Assembly (NCBI GenBank): GCA_019057475.1
Contig: DXJO01000006.1
Location: 96,001 to 160,000 of the forward strand
Source: Candidatus Thorarchaeota archaeon
GTDB taxonomy: Archaea > Asgardarchaeota > Thorarchaeia > Thorarchaeales > Thorarchaeaceae
Direction of reading: 5' to 3'
DNA length: 64,000 bases
A program made the position numbers and the translations under genes. Positions 9,180-19,470 of the stretch are shown here, piece by piece. A model generated the notes under the pieces. It was not told the DNA's origin. It worked only from the letters and a program-made list of their open reading frames with translations, and ran no database searches. How positions within the stretch are numbered: position 1 is the stretch's first letter; each line of letters opens with the position of its first letter.

Positions 9180-10142
9180 ATGAACACTCTACGACCTCTC
9201 AAGGGGAAAGACTTCCTCACGCTCATGGACTATTCGAAAGAGGAAATCTTAAGGATTCTTGATCTGGCTGACGAATTGAAAGATAGACTAGCAAAAGGAG
9301 CGCCACATGAGTGTCTCTCTGGCAAAACAATAGCCATGATTTTCGAGAAACACTCCACTCGCACGCGTCTATCATTTCAGGCTGGGGCCGCACACCTGGG
9401 GCTTTCTGCTTTCTATATGGATCCAACCACCATGCAACTATCTCGCGGAGAATCACTTTCTGACACGGCAAAGACAATCGACCGATATATCGACGCACTG
9501 GTCATCCGAACATTCGAACAAGAGATTGTTGAAGACTTCGCGAAGCATATGAAGAAACCAGTCATTAACGCGTTGACTAATGATACTCATCCGATGCAGC
9601 TTCTAGCGGATTTTCAGACGATACGTGAGAAGAAGAAACGTCTGCACGATTTGAAGATAGGATACATTGGAGATGCTTGGAATATGATCCACTCTTGGGG
9701 TATCATGAGCTCCATTATTGGATTGGACATGACTTACGCGGTCCCAGAAGGATACACAGTGAAGACAAAATACAGAGATTTTATCGACAGAACCAACAGG
9801 GAAACTGGTGGCAGCTTCACCGTCACCCACGATCTCAAACAGGCCATGACGGATGTTGACATAGTCGTGGGGATAACTTTCATCAGCATGACTCGTGCCG
9901 GAATGACGGAGGATGCGAAGGCGAAGAAACTCAAAGATTTCATGCCTTATCAAATCGATTCTGAGGTCATGGGGTGGGCTAAGAAAGATGCGATATACAT
10001 GCATTGCCTGCCCGCACATCGCGGAGAGGAGGTAACCGATGAGGTCCTTGATGGTCCTCAATCAGTCGTCTTCGACGAAGCAGAAAACAGAATGCATACC
10101 GAGAAAGCCGTGCTAGCCCTGCTACTCGGCGGGGTGGATTGA
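9180..10142 (+). CDS. Ornithine carbamoyltransferase-family protein (substrate loop atypical)
   Basis: FEKHSTRT, HPMQLLAD, HCLPAHRGEEV, DEAENRMH; GITFISMT in place of TDxWxSMG. Confidence 0.85.
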   Translation: MNTLRPLKGKDFLTLMDYSKEEILRILDLADELKDRLAKGAPHECLSGKTIAMIFEKHSTRTRLSFQAGAAHLGLSAFYMDPTTMQLSRGESLSDTAKTIDRYIDALVIRTFEQEIVEDFAKHMKKPVINALTNDTHPMQLLADFQTIREKKKRLHDLKIGYIGDAWNMIHSWGIMSSIIGLDMTYAVPEGYTVKTKYRDFIDRTNRETGGSFTVTHDLKQAMTDVDIVVGITFISMTRAGMTEDAKAKKLKDFMPYQIDSEVMGWAKKDAIYMHCLPAHRGEEVTDEVLDGPQSVVFDEAENRMHTEKAVLALLLGGVD

Positions 10143-10165
10143 TACGCTGTAACTCGCTTGCGATC

Positions 10166-11305
10166 CTACTTGAGTATTTTAATCATCTCGTCCAATCGGG
10201 ACAATCCCGCATTTAGGTGGTCCTCCTCGTAACCGAAGCCGATTCTTAAATGCATGGGCATTCCGAAGTGTTCACCGGGGATGATTAGCAAGCTTTTCTC
10301 TCTTAACAGACGTGTGGTCAGTTCAAGTGAAGAAACATTCAGATTGTGTCTTGGAAAGCAGATTGAAGCAGCCCTTGGCGCAACGTATTCGAAGACTTCA
10401 TTTCGTTCGTCAAGCCACTCGCGTAGAATACTCCAATGTTTCTTAACAATCCTGCTGGTCCTTTCAAGTATCTTCCTTCGGCATTTTGGTTGCAATGCTA
10501 TTGTTGCAAGTGTATCACTCAGCTTTGTTGGACATATTGTCGTGTAATCTGAATACGCCCACAAGTCTGTCACGTTGATTTTATCCGAGCACATTATCCA
10601 ACCTAGCCTGAGACCGGGAAGTCCGTAAGCTTTTGACAGGCTATTCGTCACAATGACCTTGTCGTAATAGTCGAACATCGTAGGAGTCGAGTCTCCTTCG
10701 AGTTCAGCACCTTGATAGATCTCATCTGAGACCACCCAAAGGTGGGCATCCGCCGCAATCTCGGCAATCGCTTTCAAGTATGTCGGGCCAAAGGTTGCAC
10801 CTGTCGGGTTGTTCGGGTTACAGATGGCTATCGCCATGGTCTTCTTTGATATGGCTGATTTTAGTTCCTCAAGATCCGGAATCCATTCCCCTTTTTCAAT
10901 TTTAAGGCGAAACGGACTCACGACCCCATTGAGCCCTTTGATTATTCCTGGTATCTGCATATAGTTTGGAAGCATCACCACAATCTCTTTGGCATCGTGT
11001 TCATGAAGCAAGTTCCAGATAGTGAGGAAGTTTGCCTCTGCCCCTCCATTTGTGACTAGAACATTGTCCGCGTCTGCCCCTTGATACATGCCGCTAATCG
11101 CCTCCTTTAACGGCATTGTGCCATTGGTTTGTGAGTATGCCAGTTTCGTTTCGATGAGTTCTTTTTGAGCTTCTTTGTCAGGGATAAGATCCGATATCGT
11201 AAGTGGTTCAACGCCACTCTCTGTTAGATTTATGTCTATTACGTGCTCCCACTCTGACTGCATCCGTTCGAGCTCGAAAGGCTCCAATCTCATATCCAAC
11301 ACCAT
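10166..11305 (-). CDS. PLP-dependent aminotransferase class I/II
   Basis: NPNNPTG, DEIY, SLSKAYGLPGLRLGW. Confidence 0.9.
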   Translation of the reverse strand: MVLDMRLEPFELERMQSEWEHVIDINLTESGVEPLTISDLIPDKEAQKELIETKLAYSQTNGTMPLKEAISGMYQGADADNVLVTNGGAEANFLTIWNLLHEHDAKEIVVMLPNYMQIPGIIKGLNGVVSPFRLKIEKGEWIPDLEELKSAISKKTMAIAICNPNNPTGATFGPTYLKAIAEIAADAHLWVVSDEIYQGAELEGDSTPTMFDYYDKVIVTNSLSKAYGLPGLRLGWIMCSDKINVTDLWAYSDYTTICPTKLSDTLATIALQPKCRRKILERTSRIVKKHWSILREWLDERNEVFEYVAPRAASICFPRHNLNVSSLELTTRLLREKSLLIIPGEHFGMPMHLRIGFGYEEDHLNAGLSRLDEMIKILK

Positions 11306-11349
11306 TCCATGTCCACGGGTCCAGGGCTTCTACATCAATCTTCTGTGCA

Positions 11350-12615
11350 CTACTGCAAATATCCCAGTCCTTCAATTATTATGTCGATGGCCTTATCGAT
11401 GTTTTCGTAGGTCTGAGCAAAGGATACTCGAAGAAAGCTTTCTCCTCCCGGCCCGAACCAAGCTCCTGAAACTGTCAGAACCTTAGTCGCAACAATGAGA
11501 TAGAACATTGTGACCAATGAACCCGACCTGTTTAGGTCTTCAATACTGAACAAGTGCTGAGGAAGAGATTCCAAGAAAGCTCTTCCTTTGGTTTTCAGAA
11601 ATGCCTTCATATCATCGTGATGTTTCTCTATCAATTCTCTTGCGTTGACAAACATGTAAAAGGTGCCTTGGGGACTTATAGTACTAAGAAGAGGGATTTC
11701 TTTGTTAATCCTGTTTACAAGAAGCTTCCTTCGTCTGTCATATTCCGCCAACATTGTCTTGACTGGTTCATCAGGTCCGGTGAGCGCAGCGAGTGCCGCT
11801 GCCTGCGAAGTTGTGGGCGCACAGATTGAGCTGTACTGATGGATCTTGCTGAACCCTGTGATGATTTCTTTCGGTGCTATGAGCCAGCCGAGCCTAAAGC
11901 CTGTCATTGCATGACTCTTCGAAAGGCCATTGATTGTGATAGTGCGCTCAAACATGCCGTTAATCGCTGCAGGGCTATGGACCCTTGCTCCATCATATAC
12001 CAGCTGCTCGTACAGTTCATCCGACAGGATAAGAAAGTCATGATCAGTGGCAAGGTCCGCCACCGCTGAAACTTTGTTCCTGTCCCATACTGCTCCGGTG
12101 GGATTGGTTGGTGAGCATACTATAATCATCTTAGTCTTTGGCGTGATTGCTTCTGCAAGTTTTTCCAGTGCGGGTACAAACTGGTCCTCTTCAGTAGCAG
12201 GAACAAAAACGGGTTTGCCTCCTGCAATTCGCACAATCGATTCATATGCGAAATATGAAGGGCTGGGAATAATTACTTCATCGCCTTCGCCCACGGTGGC
12301 AAGGATTGCGCCAAACACGCCGGGGCTAGTGCCCGCTGTGACGATGACTTCACTTTCGGGGTCAACCGTGAAACCGTTGTCGCGCTTTGTTTTATCAGCA
12401 ATCGCTTTCCTTAGTTCTAATGTCCCAGCGTCTGGCGAGTAATGGGTGTTTCCTGACTGTAGAGACCTCATTGCCGCTTCTATGATATGCTTCGGTGTGT
12501 TGAAGTTTGGTTCTCCAATGCCCAGATTCAGCAGTTTGTGATGCTCACCGATATGAAGCAGTAGGCCGATTCTACCAGGGGGCAGTGTTTCCAGATTCTG
12601 CGTTATCTTACCCAA
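11350..12615 (-). CDS. Aspartate/aromatic-type aminotransferase class I/II
   Basis: LGIGEP, SPTNPTG, SDELY, GLSKSHAMTGFRLGW. Confidence 0.9.
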   Translation of the reverse strand: MGKITQNLETLPPGRIGLLLHIGEHHKLLNLGIGEPNFNTPKHIIEAAMRSLQSGNTHYSPDAGTLELRKAIADKTKRDNGFTVDPESEVIVTAGTSPGVFGAILATVGEGDEVIIPSPSYFAYESIVRIAGGKPVFVPATEEDQFVPALEKLAEAITPKTKMIIVCSPTNPTGAVWDRNKVSAVADLATDHDFLILSDELYEQLVYDGARVHSPAAINGMFERTITINGLSKSHAMTGFRLGWLIAPKEIITGFSKIHQYSSICAPTTSQAAALAALTGPDEPVKTMLAEYDRRRKLLVNRINKEIPLLSTISPQGTFYMFVNARELIEKHHDDMKAFLKTKGRAFLESLPQHLFSIEDLNRSGSLVTMFYLIVATKVLTVSGAWFGPGGESFLRVSFAQTYENIDKAIDIIIEGLGYLQ

Positions 12616-12634
12616 TTCTATTCACCCACTTTAA

Positions 12635-13357
12635 TCATAGTCCCAAGAGATTGGCCACAAACTCAGGAAAATCGAGCATTTTAAGGTCACTGCCAGCATG
12701 CTCTACCCTTTCTCTCAGATTGAACGTGCAGAATGGACAAGCTGTGGTCAATATCGTCGCCTCGGTTTCCTCAGCCTCTTGTATTCGAATCGCTGCCGCT
12801 TCGCGTGCCATCTCACGGTTCGTTGAGCGTACACCACCCCCAGCACCGCAACAGGAAGCATTTTTCCCGCTCTTGTGCATCTCCCTCAGTTCAACATTCG
12901 GGATTGCCTGCATGACTTCTCGCGGGTCGTCGTAGATGCCCATATGTCTTCCAACGTGGCAGGGGTCATGATATGTAACTGTGATTGGTTCACCTTTGAG
13001 GAATTCAATTCTGCCATCTTCAATGAGTTCTTTGAGCAGAGTTGGAAAATGGATGACCTCAAACGGGAGCTCTTCTCCTAGGATTGATGGATAATCAACT
13101 GAAATCGTTCTGAAGCAACCTGCGCAAGCTGTGACCACTCCAGTTGCTCCTGCGGCTTTTAGTACGTCCACATTGTGCCGAGCCATGTACTTGGCTTCAT
13201 CAACGTAACCTGTTCTAAGGGCAACGCTACCGCAGCACCATTCATCTTCTCCAAGAATCTTGAAGTCTACGTTTGCATGTTTGAGAACCTTGATTGTTGA
13301 TTCAGCTATGTTTGGAAGACGATATGTTGCCATACATCCAGCGAAATACACTAGCAT
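12635..13357 (-). CDS. CCG-domain Fe-S protein (GlcF/HdrD C-terminal-like)
   Basis: YFAGC, WCCG, TACAGC, YHDPCH, SCCGAGGG, TACPFC. Confidence 0.9.
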   Translation of the reverse strand: MLVYFAGCMATYRLPNIAESTIKVLKHANVDFKILGEDEWCCGSVALRTGYVDEAKYMARHNVDVLKAAGATGVVTACAGCFRTISVDYPSILGEELPFEVIHFPTLLKELIEDGRIEFLKGEPITVTYHDPCHVGRHMGIYDDPREVMQAIPNVELREMHKSGKNASCCGAGGGVRSTNREMAREAAAIRIQEAEETEATILTTACPFCTFNLRERVEHAGSDLKMLDFPEFVANLLGL

Positions 13358-13359
13358 AA

Positions 13360-13752
13360 CTATGCCTCCGCAAGTTCCTTCAACCTGTTTCTGGCCTTTG
13401 GATCTTCACCAAAAGGGTTGTGTGTTTTCTGCATATTCTTGACTAACTGAGCAGATACTTCGTTACCAAGGCCCCTCTTCACGAGCTCAGCGCGCGCAGC
13501 TTCGACAACTGCTGGGATGTCAAGACCGGATAGGCAAGTTGCCTGGCAATTCTTACAGGTTGTGCATTCATACATCCTCTCAGCAACTTCATCCCAGTTC
13601 AGCCATCCTTCCAGCAAAGCAAACAGAATTGTCATCTTGCCTTTCGCACTGTTTGATTCCAAGTTTGTCTGCTTGTAAATGGGGCAATTGGATTGGCATA
13701 GCCCGCAACTGACGCATTCCATGATAATATGTAGGTGTTCCTTCAATGGCAT
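13360..13752 (-). CDS. 2x[4Fe-4S] protein (GlcF/HdrC N-terminal-like)
   Basis: CVSCGLCQSNCP and CTTCKNCQATC. Confidence 0.9.
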   Translation of the reverse strand: MPLKEHLHIIMECVSCGLCQSNCPIYKQTNLESNSAKGKMTILFALLEGWLNWDEVAERMYECTTCKNCQATCLSGLDIPAVVEAARAELVKRGLGNEVSAQLVKNMQKTHNPFGEDPKARNRLKELAEA

Positions 13753-13758
13753 TGCTTT

Positions 13759-15216
13759 CTACTCCGCCATCTCTTCATCAGTCACGTATTCCTTGTAGAT
13801 GAACCCAACATCCGAATCACGTTCCTCAGTGTCCAGCGCCATCTTGCCTGGATTAAGAATTCCATTGGGGTCTAGCAATTTCTTGATTCTTCTATCGAGC
13901 TCGAGTTTGTCTTGGCCAATAGCCATCCGAACATAGGGATTCTTGACATAGCCGAATCCGTGCTCCGCTGTAACCACGCCGCCTATGCCCACGACATATT
14001 CTAGAATTTCCTGTTCGGCCTTCTTCATCGCGACCCAATGTTCTCTATTCCTTGCATCAATTAGGACTGCAGGATGAATTATCCCAATTCCCGCATGGCA
14101 GAAGACGGCGGCAATGATGCCATGAGACCGGATTATCCGACCGATCTCCCTGATCGCTTCAGCTTGTTTAGACAGTGGAACACAAGGATCTGCCGCGGCA
14201 AAACCGAACTCTCTGTATCCGGGATGCACCTTCACTATTGCTGTGTCTATCTCCAATCTTGGAGCCCAGAGTTTGTTGGTTGTTTCTTCATCCCGTGCTA
14301 TGACGACATTCTCGCCGCCATGCTCCTTGAGGATTCTCTCCATCACCATCAGCTTGCGCTGAAGATTCTCTTCATCGAAGCCTTGGACATCTCCAACGAA
14401 GTTGCCCTCACAAGTTGGGAATCCGAGATTCATGACATCACTGATTGTTTTCACGGTTTTGCCATCGGTCGCCTCAAAGGTTCCCGCATCAATTCCCGAC
14501 ATAGTGATCGCCAAAGAAGCATTCATCAGCCCATCAAGATTCTGGAAGAAGGCACCGATGGTTGCCTCAACTGGCATTCTAGGTACAAGTTTCAGGGTTG
14601 CTTCGGTGATTATTCCCAGGGTACCCTCAGACCCAGCGAAGAGTGCAGCTAGGTTGTATCCCATGTTGTAGCGAGGTGCTCTTGTTCCCAGTCTAAGGAT
14701 TGTCCCATCAACCAAAACTACTTCCATACCTTGAATCCAAGCTCCAACTCGACCATGCTTGTAGGCATGGTGACCGTTTGAGTCCGAGGCGAGGATTCCA
14801 CCGATGGTCGCGGCGTTATGACTTCCGACGTCATGAGGAAAGGTCAGTCCTCTTCTCTCCAGCTCGTGTTCGAATGTTTCGTATCTGACTCCAGGCTGAA
14901 CAATGGCAATCATGTCTTCGTTGCTAATCTCAAGGATCTTGTTCATGCGACTCAGGTCGAGAAGTATTCCTCCTCTAACGGCAAGCGACGACCCCTGAAA
15001 TGATGCACCGCCGCCTCGGGGCGTGACTGGTACTCCCTTTTCATTGAGCAGAATAAGTATCTCCACGACTTGCTCAGTAGTTGTTGGATAGACCACCGCA
15101 TCGGGAATTGAGAAATACGGTGTGAGGTCCCGAGAATAAGCAACTCGATCGACCTTGGCCGTTATAACATTATTTTCGCCAACGATTTGCCTAAGCTGTT
15201 CAATTGTATCTGACAC
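13759..15216 (-). CDS. FAD-linked oxidoreductase, GlcD/D-2-hydroxyacid dehydrogenase family
   Basis: PRGGG, ATIGG, GSEGTLGIITE, EHGFG, LDPNGILNPGK. Confidence 0.88.
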   Translation of the reverse strand: MSDTIEQLRQIVGENNVITAKVDRVAYSRDLTPYFSIPDAVVYPTTTEQVVEILILLNEKGVPVTPRGGGASFQGSSLAVRGGILLDLSRMNKILEISNEDMIAIVQPGVRYETFEHELERRGLTFPHDVGSHNAATIGGILASDSNGHHAYKHGRVGAWIQGMEVVLVDGTILRLGTRAPRYNMGYNLAALFAGSEGTLGIITEATLKLVPRMPVEATIGAFFQNLDGLMNASLAITMSGIDAGTFEATDGKTVKTISDVMNLGFPTCEGNFVGDVQGFDEENLQRKLMVMERILKEHGGENVVIARDEETTNKLWAPRLEIDTAIVKVHPGYREFGFAAADPCVPLSKQAEAIREIGRIIRSHGIIAAVFCHAGIGIIHPAVLIDARNREHWVAMKKAEQEILEYVVGIGGVVTAEHGFGYVKNPYVRMAIGQDKLELDRRIKKLLDPNGILNPGKMALDTEERDSDVGFIYKEYVTDEEMAE

Positions 15217-15232
15217 GTTTGGGGCACCTTCT

Positions 15233-16327
15233 CTACCGTTTGACTCTCTTTTTCTTCTTCGTAATCCTACGGATAAGCTTGTAGATGATAAAGAGAATTA
15301 GCAAGAGTCCAACAATAGCGCCATAACCAAGCAGTAAATTCTGGTTCAAGAACCCTCCAGTCCAGTCCAAAACCGGCAGACCCAACAAGAACTGGTTGAG
15401 ATCCTGTAGAATAACGTCTAGACCGATTGTGACGAGGAAGCTACTCACAATGGTCAGCATCGTCGATACGATAATCGAGAGAGATACCCAAGTGATTGAT
15501 GTGGGCTCAAAGTACATCAAATACATCATAAAGCTGAAGAACCCAACAACAATAATTGTGCCCACGTAGTCTCTCGCCTTGAACGAGAGATCCTCGACAT
15601 TGGTCCGGTCTTCACGAGCTCCAAATGCTCTTGCATTGATGGCCACCTCAAGGTCCATTGCGCGGCGAAACATCAGAAGAAGGAGTGGCGTTATGATGGG
15701 GACGTACGCTCTCCTGAGCTTCTGATACATGTTGGCAGCATCAATGTCAAACCCCCTGATTTTTTGAGCCTCTATGATAGCGTCCATGCTTTCCTGAACC
15801 AGAGGGACAAACCTCATAGCTGTGATGAACATGAAAATAATTTTCTGAGGAACGCGTATCTTCGCAAGTGCACCGCTAATCTTGGTCATTGGGGAAGTCA
15901 TTGTGAAGATGGGTACGACAGTGACTACAGCAATGACCCGGAGCATAACAAGCAGACCATACATTATTCCGCCGATTGTTATCTCACCATAATTGACCAT
16001 AACATTTCCATGCTCGTCGGGCCAGGGCAAATCAAACAGCTGCAGGATTACTGTGCTATCGCCAAACCTGTAGGTTAGTCCTTGCACCAAGAACAGAAAC
16101 ACGAAGAGCATACTCAACAGCTTTAGCAGGAACCCCAGGCTGCTAAGCTCGATTTTTCCAACAAGCCACCATAGAGAGGCGAACGATATCCAAATTAGGA
16201 GTATGCTGATATGCTCGATGCTCGTGCATTGGACAACTAAGATGAGCGCCAAAAACATAAGGAGCAGCTTCACAAGAGGACTCATTCTATCCAGAGGTGT
16301 GTCCTTTTTGACGTACTCGAACGCCAT
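15233..16327 (-). CDS. ECF transporter T component
   Basis: MRFVP, AQKIRG and AINARAF arginine motifs; multiple TM helices. Confidence 0.88.
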   Translation of the reverse strand: MAFEYVKKDTPLDRMSPLVKLLLMFLALILVVQCTSIEHISILLIWISFASLWWLVGKIELSSLGFLLKLLSMLFVFLFLVQGLTYRFGDSTVILQLFDLPWPDEHGNVMVNYGEITIGGIMYGLLVMLRVIAVVTVVPIFTMTSPMTKISGALAKIRVPQKIIFMFITAMRFVPLVQESMDAIIEAQKIRGFDIDAANMYQKLRRAYVPIITPLLLLMFRRAMDLEVAINARAFGAREDRTNVEDLSFKARDYVGTIIVVGFFSFMMYLMYFEPTSITWVSLSIIVSTMLTIVSSFLVTIGLDVILQDLNQFLLGLPVLDWTGGFLNQNLLLGYGAIVGLLLILFIIYKLIRRITKKKKRVKR

Positions 16328-16329
16328 GC

Positions 16330-18081
16330 CTAGGCACCTCCTGCCTTGAAACAGGCAAGCATTTCATCGACAGTCACCAAGTTCTTTTCTATGCCGTAGC
16401 CTTCAAGCTTCTGAGAGAGCTGTATGATTTGAGGAGGCTTTAGAAATGCCTTATCCATGACCTCATGCATACTGAAGACTTCACGCTTTGGACCATCAGC
16501 GATAATTATCCCCTCGACCATAACAACGAGCCGATCTGCATACTGAGCAACAAGGTCCATATCGTGCGAGATCATGACGATTGTCTTTCCCTTCTCTCGC
16601 ATGCGTGTGGCAATTTGACACAGTGCGTGACGCCCTTGGTAATCCTGTGCAGTAGTTGGTTCATCCAGAATCAAGATATCAGGATCCATTGCAATCCCAG
16701 CTGCAGCTGCTACCTTCCGGCGGTCGCCAAAGCTCAATCTGAATGGAAAGATGTCCCGCATATCCTCCAGACCCGCTTCTTTCAAACTCTCTTCCACTCG
16801 CCGGGCTATTTCGTCCTCAGGGAGGCCCAAATTCCTCAAACCGAACTCGAGCTCCTTCTCTACACTTATGCAAAAGAGCTGGTAGTCAGGATTCTGCAAT
16901 ATCAATGCAATGCTCTTTGCAATGCTGCCCGTGGTTAATTCCGATACATCTTCACCCTCGACCTTTGTCACTCCTTCGGTGGCCTCTAGAAGTCCCAGAA
17001 AATGTTTTACCAGGGTTGTTTTGCCGCTCCCATTCTGGCCAACAATCGCCACAATCTCACCTCGCTTGATTTTGAGATTAATACCCCTGAGGGCAGTTAC
17101 TGGTATTCTTGCCGGATATACGAAAGTAACATTCTCAACTTCAAGCACAGTTTCGTCAGACATCGGTGGCGCAGGAAGCGGTTCCGTCCATTCCACTTGG
17201 AAAAATCCTTCGTCCAATAGTTCCTTGAGCATAGAGTAGGACTCGTCCAGGGTCAGCGGTAAGCCCCCGATCCGCTCTAATCTCTCTTGGAACCCTGGAA
17301 TTTTCTTGGCCATCTTGGCGGCGAGTACGGTTACCGCAGGCGGGTTTACACCAACACTATCTAACAGCTCAGTCTGTGCAAAGACATCCTTTGGGGTACC
17401 TAAGGCCATGACACGACCATCACTTAGAACTAGAACTTTTGACGCCAGTCTGGCAATCTCGTCTGTCTTATGACTGGTGATGAGAATCGTCATGTCTTCT
17501 GTGTTTGCCAGCTGCTTTATGACATCGAATACCTCAGTTGTGCCGATTGGGTCCAGCTGGCTTGTTGGCTCATCTAGAATTAAGACCTCCGGGAGCATCG
17601 TAAGTCCCGCAGCTAATGCAACTCGCTGTTTCTGGCCGCCACTCAACTCTTTGGGCTTTCGTTCTTCAAGGCCGTCAATACCACAGACTTTGGCCGCCCA
17701 AGCTGCACGCCGAAGTATCTCATCCCGTTCGACTGCAAGATTCGCCGGACCAAAGAATAACTCTGAAGCAACATTCGTAGTTGTGAACTGAGACTCTGGA
17801 TCTTGGAGAACCATCGATACTTTGCTTGCGAGCTGAATAATGGGTGTTTCCCACGGATCCAGACCACAAAGGCTGATCGACCCCTTTTCGACTCCGGTGT
17901 AGACCGTGGGAATTATCCCATTCAGATGGAAACATAGTGTTGTTTTCCCCGCACCATTCGCTCCGAGAATTCCAAGTATCTCGCCCTTCTTGACTTCGAA
18001 ACTAACTTCATGCAAAGCAAGAGGACCACGCTCATAGGTGAAAGTGACATTATTCACTTTTGCTGTCGAGTATTCAGTCAT
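16330..18081 (-). CDS. ECF transporter fused A-A' ATPase
   Basis: Two ABC domains: GANGAGKT/LSGGQ/DEPT and GQNGSGKT/LSFGD/DEPT. Confidence 0.92.
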   Translation of the reverse strand: MTEYSTAKVNNVTFTYERGPLALHEVSFEVKKGEILGILGANGAGKTTLCFHLNGIIPTVYTGVEKGSISLCGLDPWETPIIQLASKVSMVLQDPESQFTTTNVASELFFGPANLAVERDEILRRAAWAAKVCGIDGLEERKPKELSGGQKQRVALAAGLTMLPEVLILDEPTSQLDPIGTTEVFDVIKQLANTEDMTILITSHKTDEIARLASKVLVLSDGRVMALGTPKDVFAQTELLDSVGVNPPAVTVLAAKMAKKIPGFQERLERIGGLPLTLDESYSMLKELLDEGFFQVEWTEPLPAPPMSDETVLEVENVTFVYPARIPVTALRGINLKIKRGEIVAIVGQNGSGKTTLVKHFLGLLEATEGVTKVEGEDVSELTTGSIAKSIALILQNPDYQLFCISVEKELEFGLRNLGLPEDEIARRVEESLKEAGLEDMRDIFPFRLSFGDRRKVAAAAGIAMDPDILILDEPTTAQDYQGRHALCQIATRMREKGKTIVMISHDMDLVAQYADRLVVMVEGIIIADGPKREVFSMHEVMDKAFLKPPQIIQLSQKLEGYGIEKNLVTVDEMLACFKAGGA

Positions 18082-18256
18082 TATCGCAGGCTCCACCAGA
18101 TAATCGCGCATTCCTTCTATAAGATATATCTCTTCCTTTGCAAATGTCTGTCAAAGGCAATCAGTCACTCTATTCGACTTACCAACGATGTATGCAAATC
18201 AGGAGCATGAAGTTGGCTTATGACCTCAGCTGATAAGGGCAAGAAAAGAAAATATG

Positions 18257-18280
18257 GCACTGGCCAGAAAAGGCCAGTGC
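18257..18280 (-). terminator. Hairpin plus U-rich tract after the ECF S gene
   Basis: Perfect 9-bp stem GCACTGGCC/GGCCAGTGC followed on the minus strand by CATATTTTCTTTTCTT. Confidence 0.55.
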
Positions 18281-18293
18281 TCGTTGTTTCGCA

Positions 18294-19076
18294 TCACCAA
18301 ATGGCATCTGGAATACGGGGCAAGCCGCTTCTCTTAAGCGCCTCTACAATCGGTATTGCGATGATGGTCGTAAGGATGGCTAGCACAGGCCACCACACAG
18401 TGTAGCCTATGTTCGTCCCGGTCGCAAGTGCCATTGGATATGTAAAGATGTACCAGTACGGCGCTGCCCACCAGTAATAGAACGCCATGAAACCCATTAG
18501 AAACACGAGGAAGACGCCAAGATACTGCATTTTGGGATCATCCCCTCGGCACCATTCTGGAATCAGTTTCCTACCTATTGGCGTAAGCGTTATGATTAGC
18601 CACGGAAGCCAGAAGACAGGTGTTGTCGCAAAAAACGTAAGAGTCGCAGGTTCCCCAGGTATTGTGGGCCAGACATATGGGAAGACAATGAACATCACTC
18701 CCGTGATAACTAGGGCGACAACTGTCAATATCCAAGCAATGATCTTGTTTGTGTTGACAAACAAAGCGGTAAACACCGCAGGCATTATTCCTGTGAGCAG
18801 CACATCCAAAAGGCCTAATGGGAACATGGCAGGACTCACGAACATGCCAATAATCCCTCCGATAATTGCGGCTATTATCCCGCCAATCGGGCCAAGTATA
18901 AGCGGACCGATGGCAGTGAACACAACTGATAGAGGTACAAAACCTCCACCTCCGAAGTATGGGAATATCGGGACCAGGGCAAGTGCGCCGTTTATCGCAC
19001 CGTAGACTGCAATAAAGGCAATATTGGCTCCTCCGTATCCCATCGGGGCTCTCTCTCTCGTTCGTTCTTCTGTCAC
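18294..19076 (-). CDS. ECF transporter substrate-binding S component
   Basis: Highly hydrophobic, ILGPIGGIIAAIIGG motif, upstream of ECF A and T genes; start uncertain (19043-19127). Confidence 0.78.
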   Translation of the reverse strand: MTEERTRERAPMGYGGANIAFIAVYGAINGALALVPIFPYFGGGGFVPLSVVFTAIGPLILGPIGGIIAAIIGGIIGMFVSPAMFPLGLLDVLLTGIMPAVFTALFVNTNKIIAWILTVVALVITGVMFIVFPYVWPTIPGEPATLTFFATTPVFWLPWLIITLTPIGRKLIPEWCRGDDPKMQYLGVFLVFLMGFMAFYYWWAAPYWYIFTYPMALATGTNIGYTVWWPVLAILTTIIAIPIVEALKRSGLPRIPDAIW

Positions 19077-19470
19077 GCGAATTTCCTCCCAGTAGGTTAT
19101 TAGCCTACTAGTAAAAACGATACTCATAAAGCTGAACCGACTTATATCAGTTGGCTAATCGCGAGCCAATAATACAGCAGCATTGTTCAGTTACGAATAG
19201 AAGCATTCTGCTTAACTGACGCTCGTTTTCTGGCTAGTTCACGGCATACAGACAGGTTGAGCTAGCGAATGGTCATTAAGGTCCTATTGGCATTCAAAGC
19301 TGCGTTTTCAACCATTGTTTTGCAGTGTGCCCCATTCTTTCTAATTTATGACAGGAAAAGGGCCTCAGGTTCGAAAAGCACGACTCGGAATGTTCAAATC
19401 GTGGAATCGATGAAGTAGTTCCCATTGTTACCTACGATTTAATGCGGCCATTCTCCTATGGTGAAACAAT

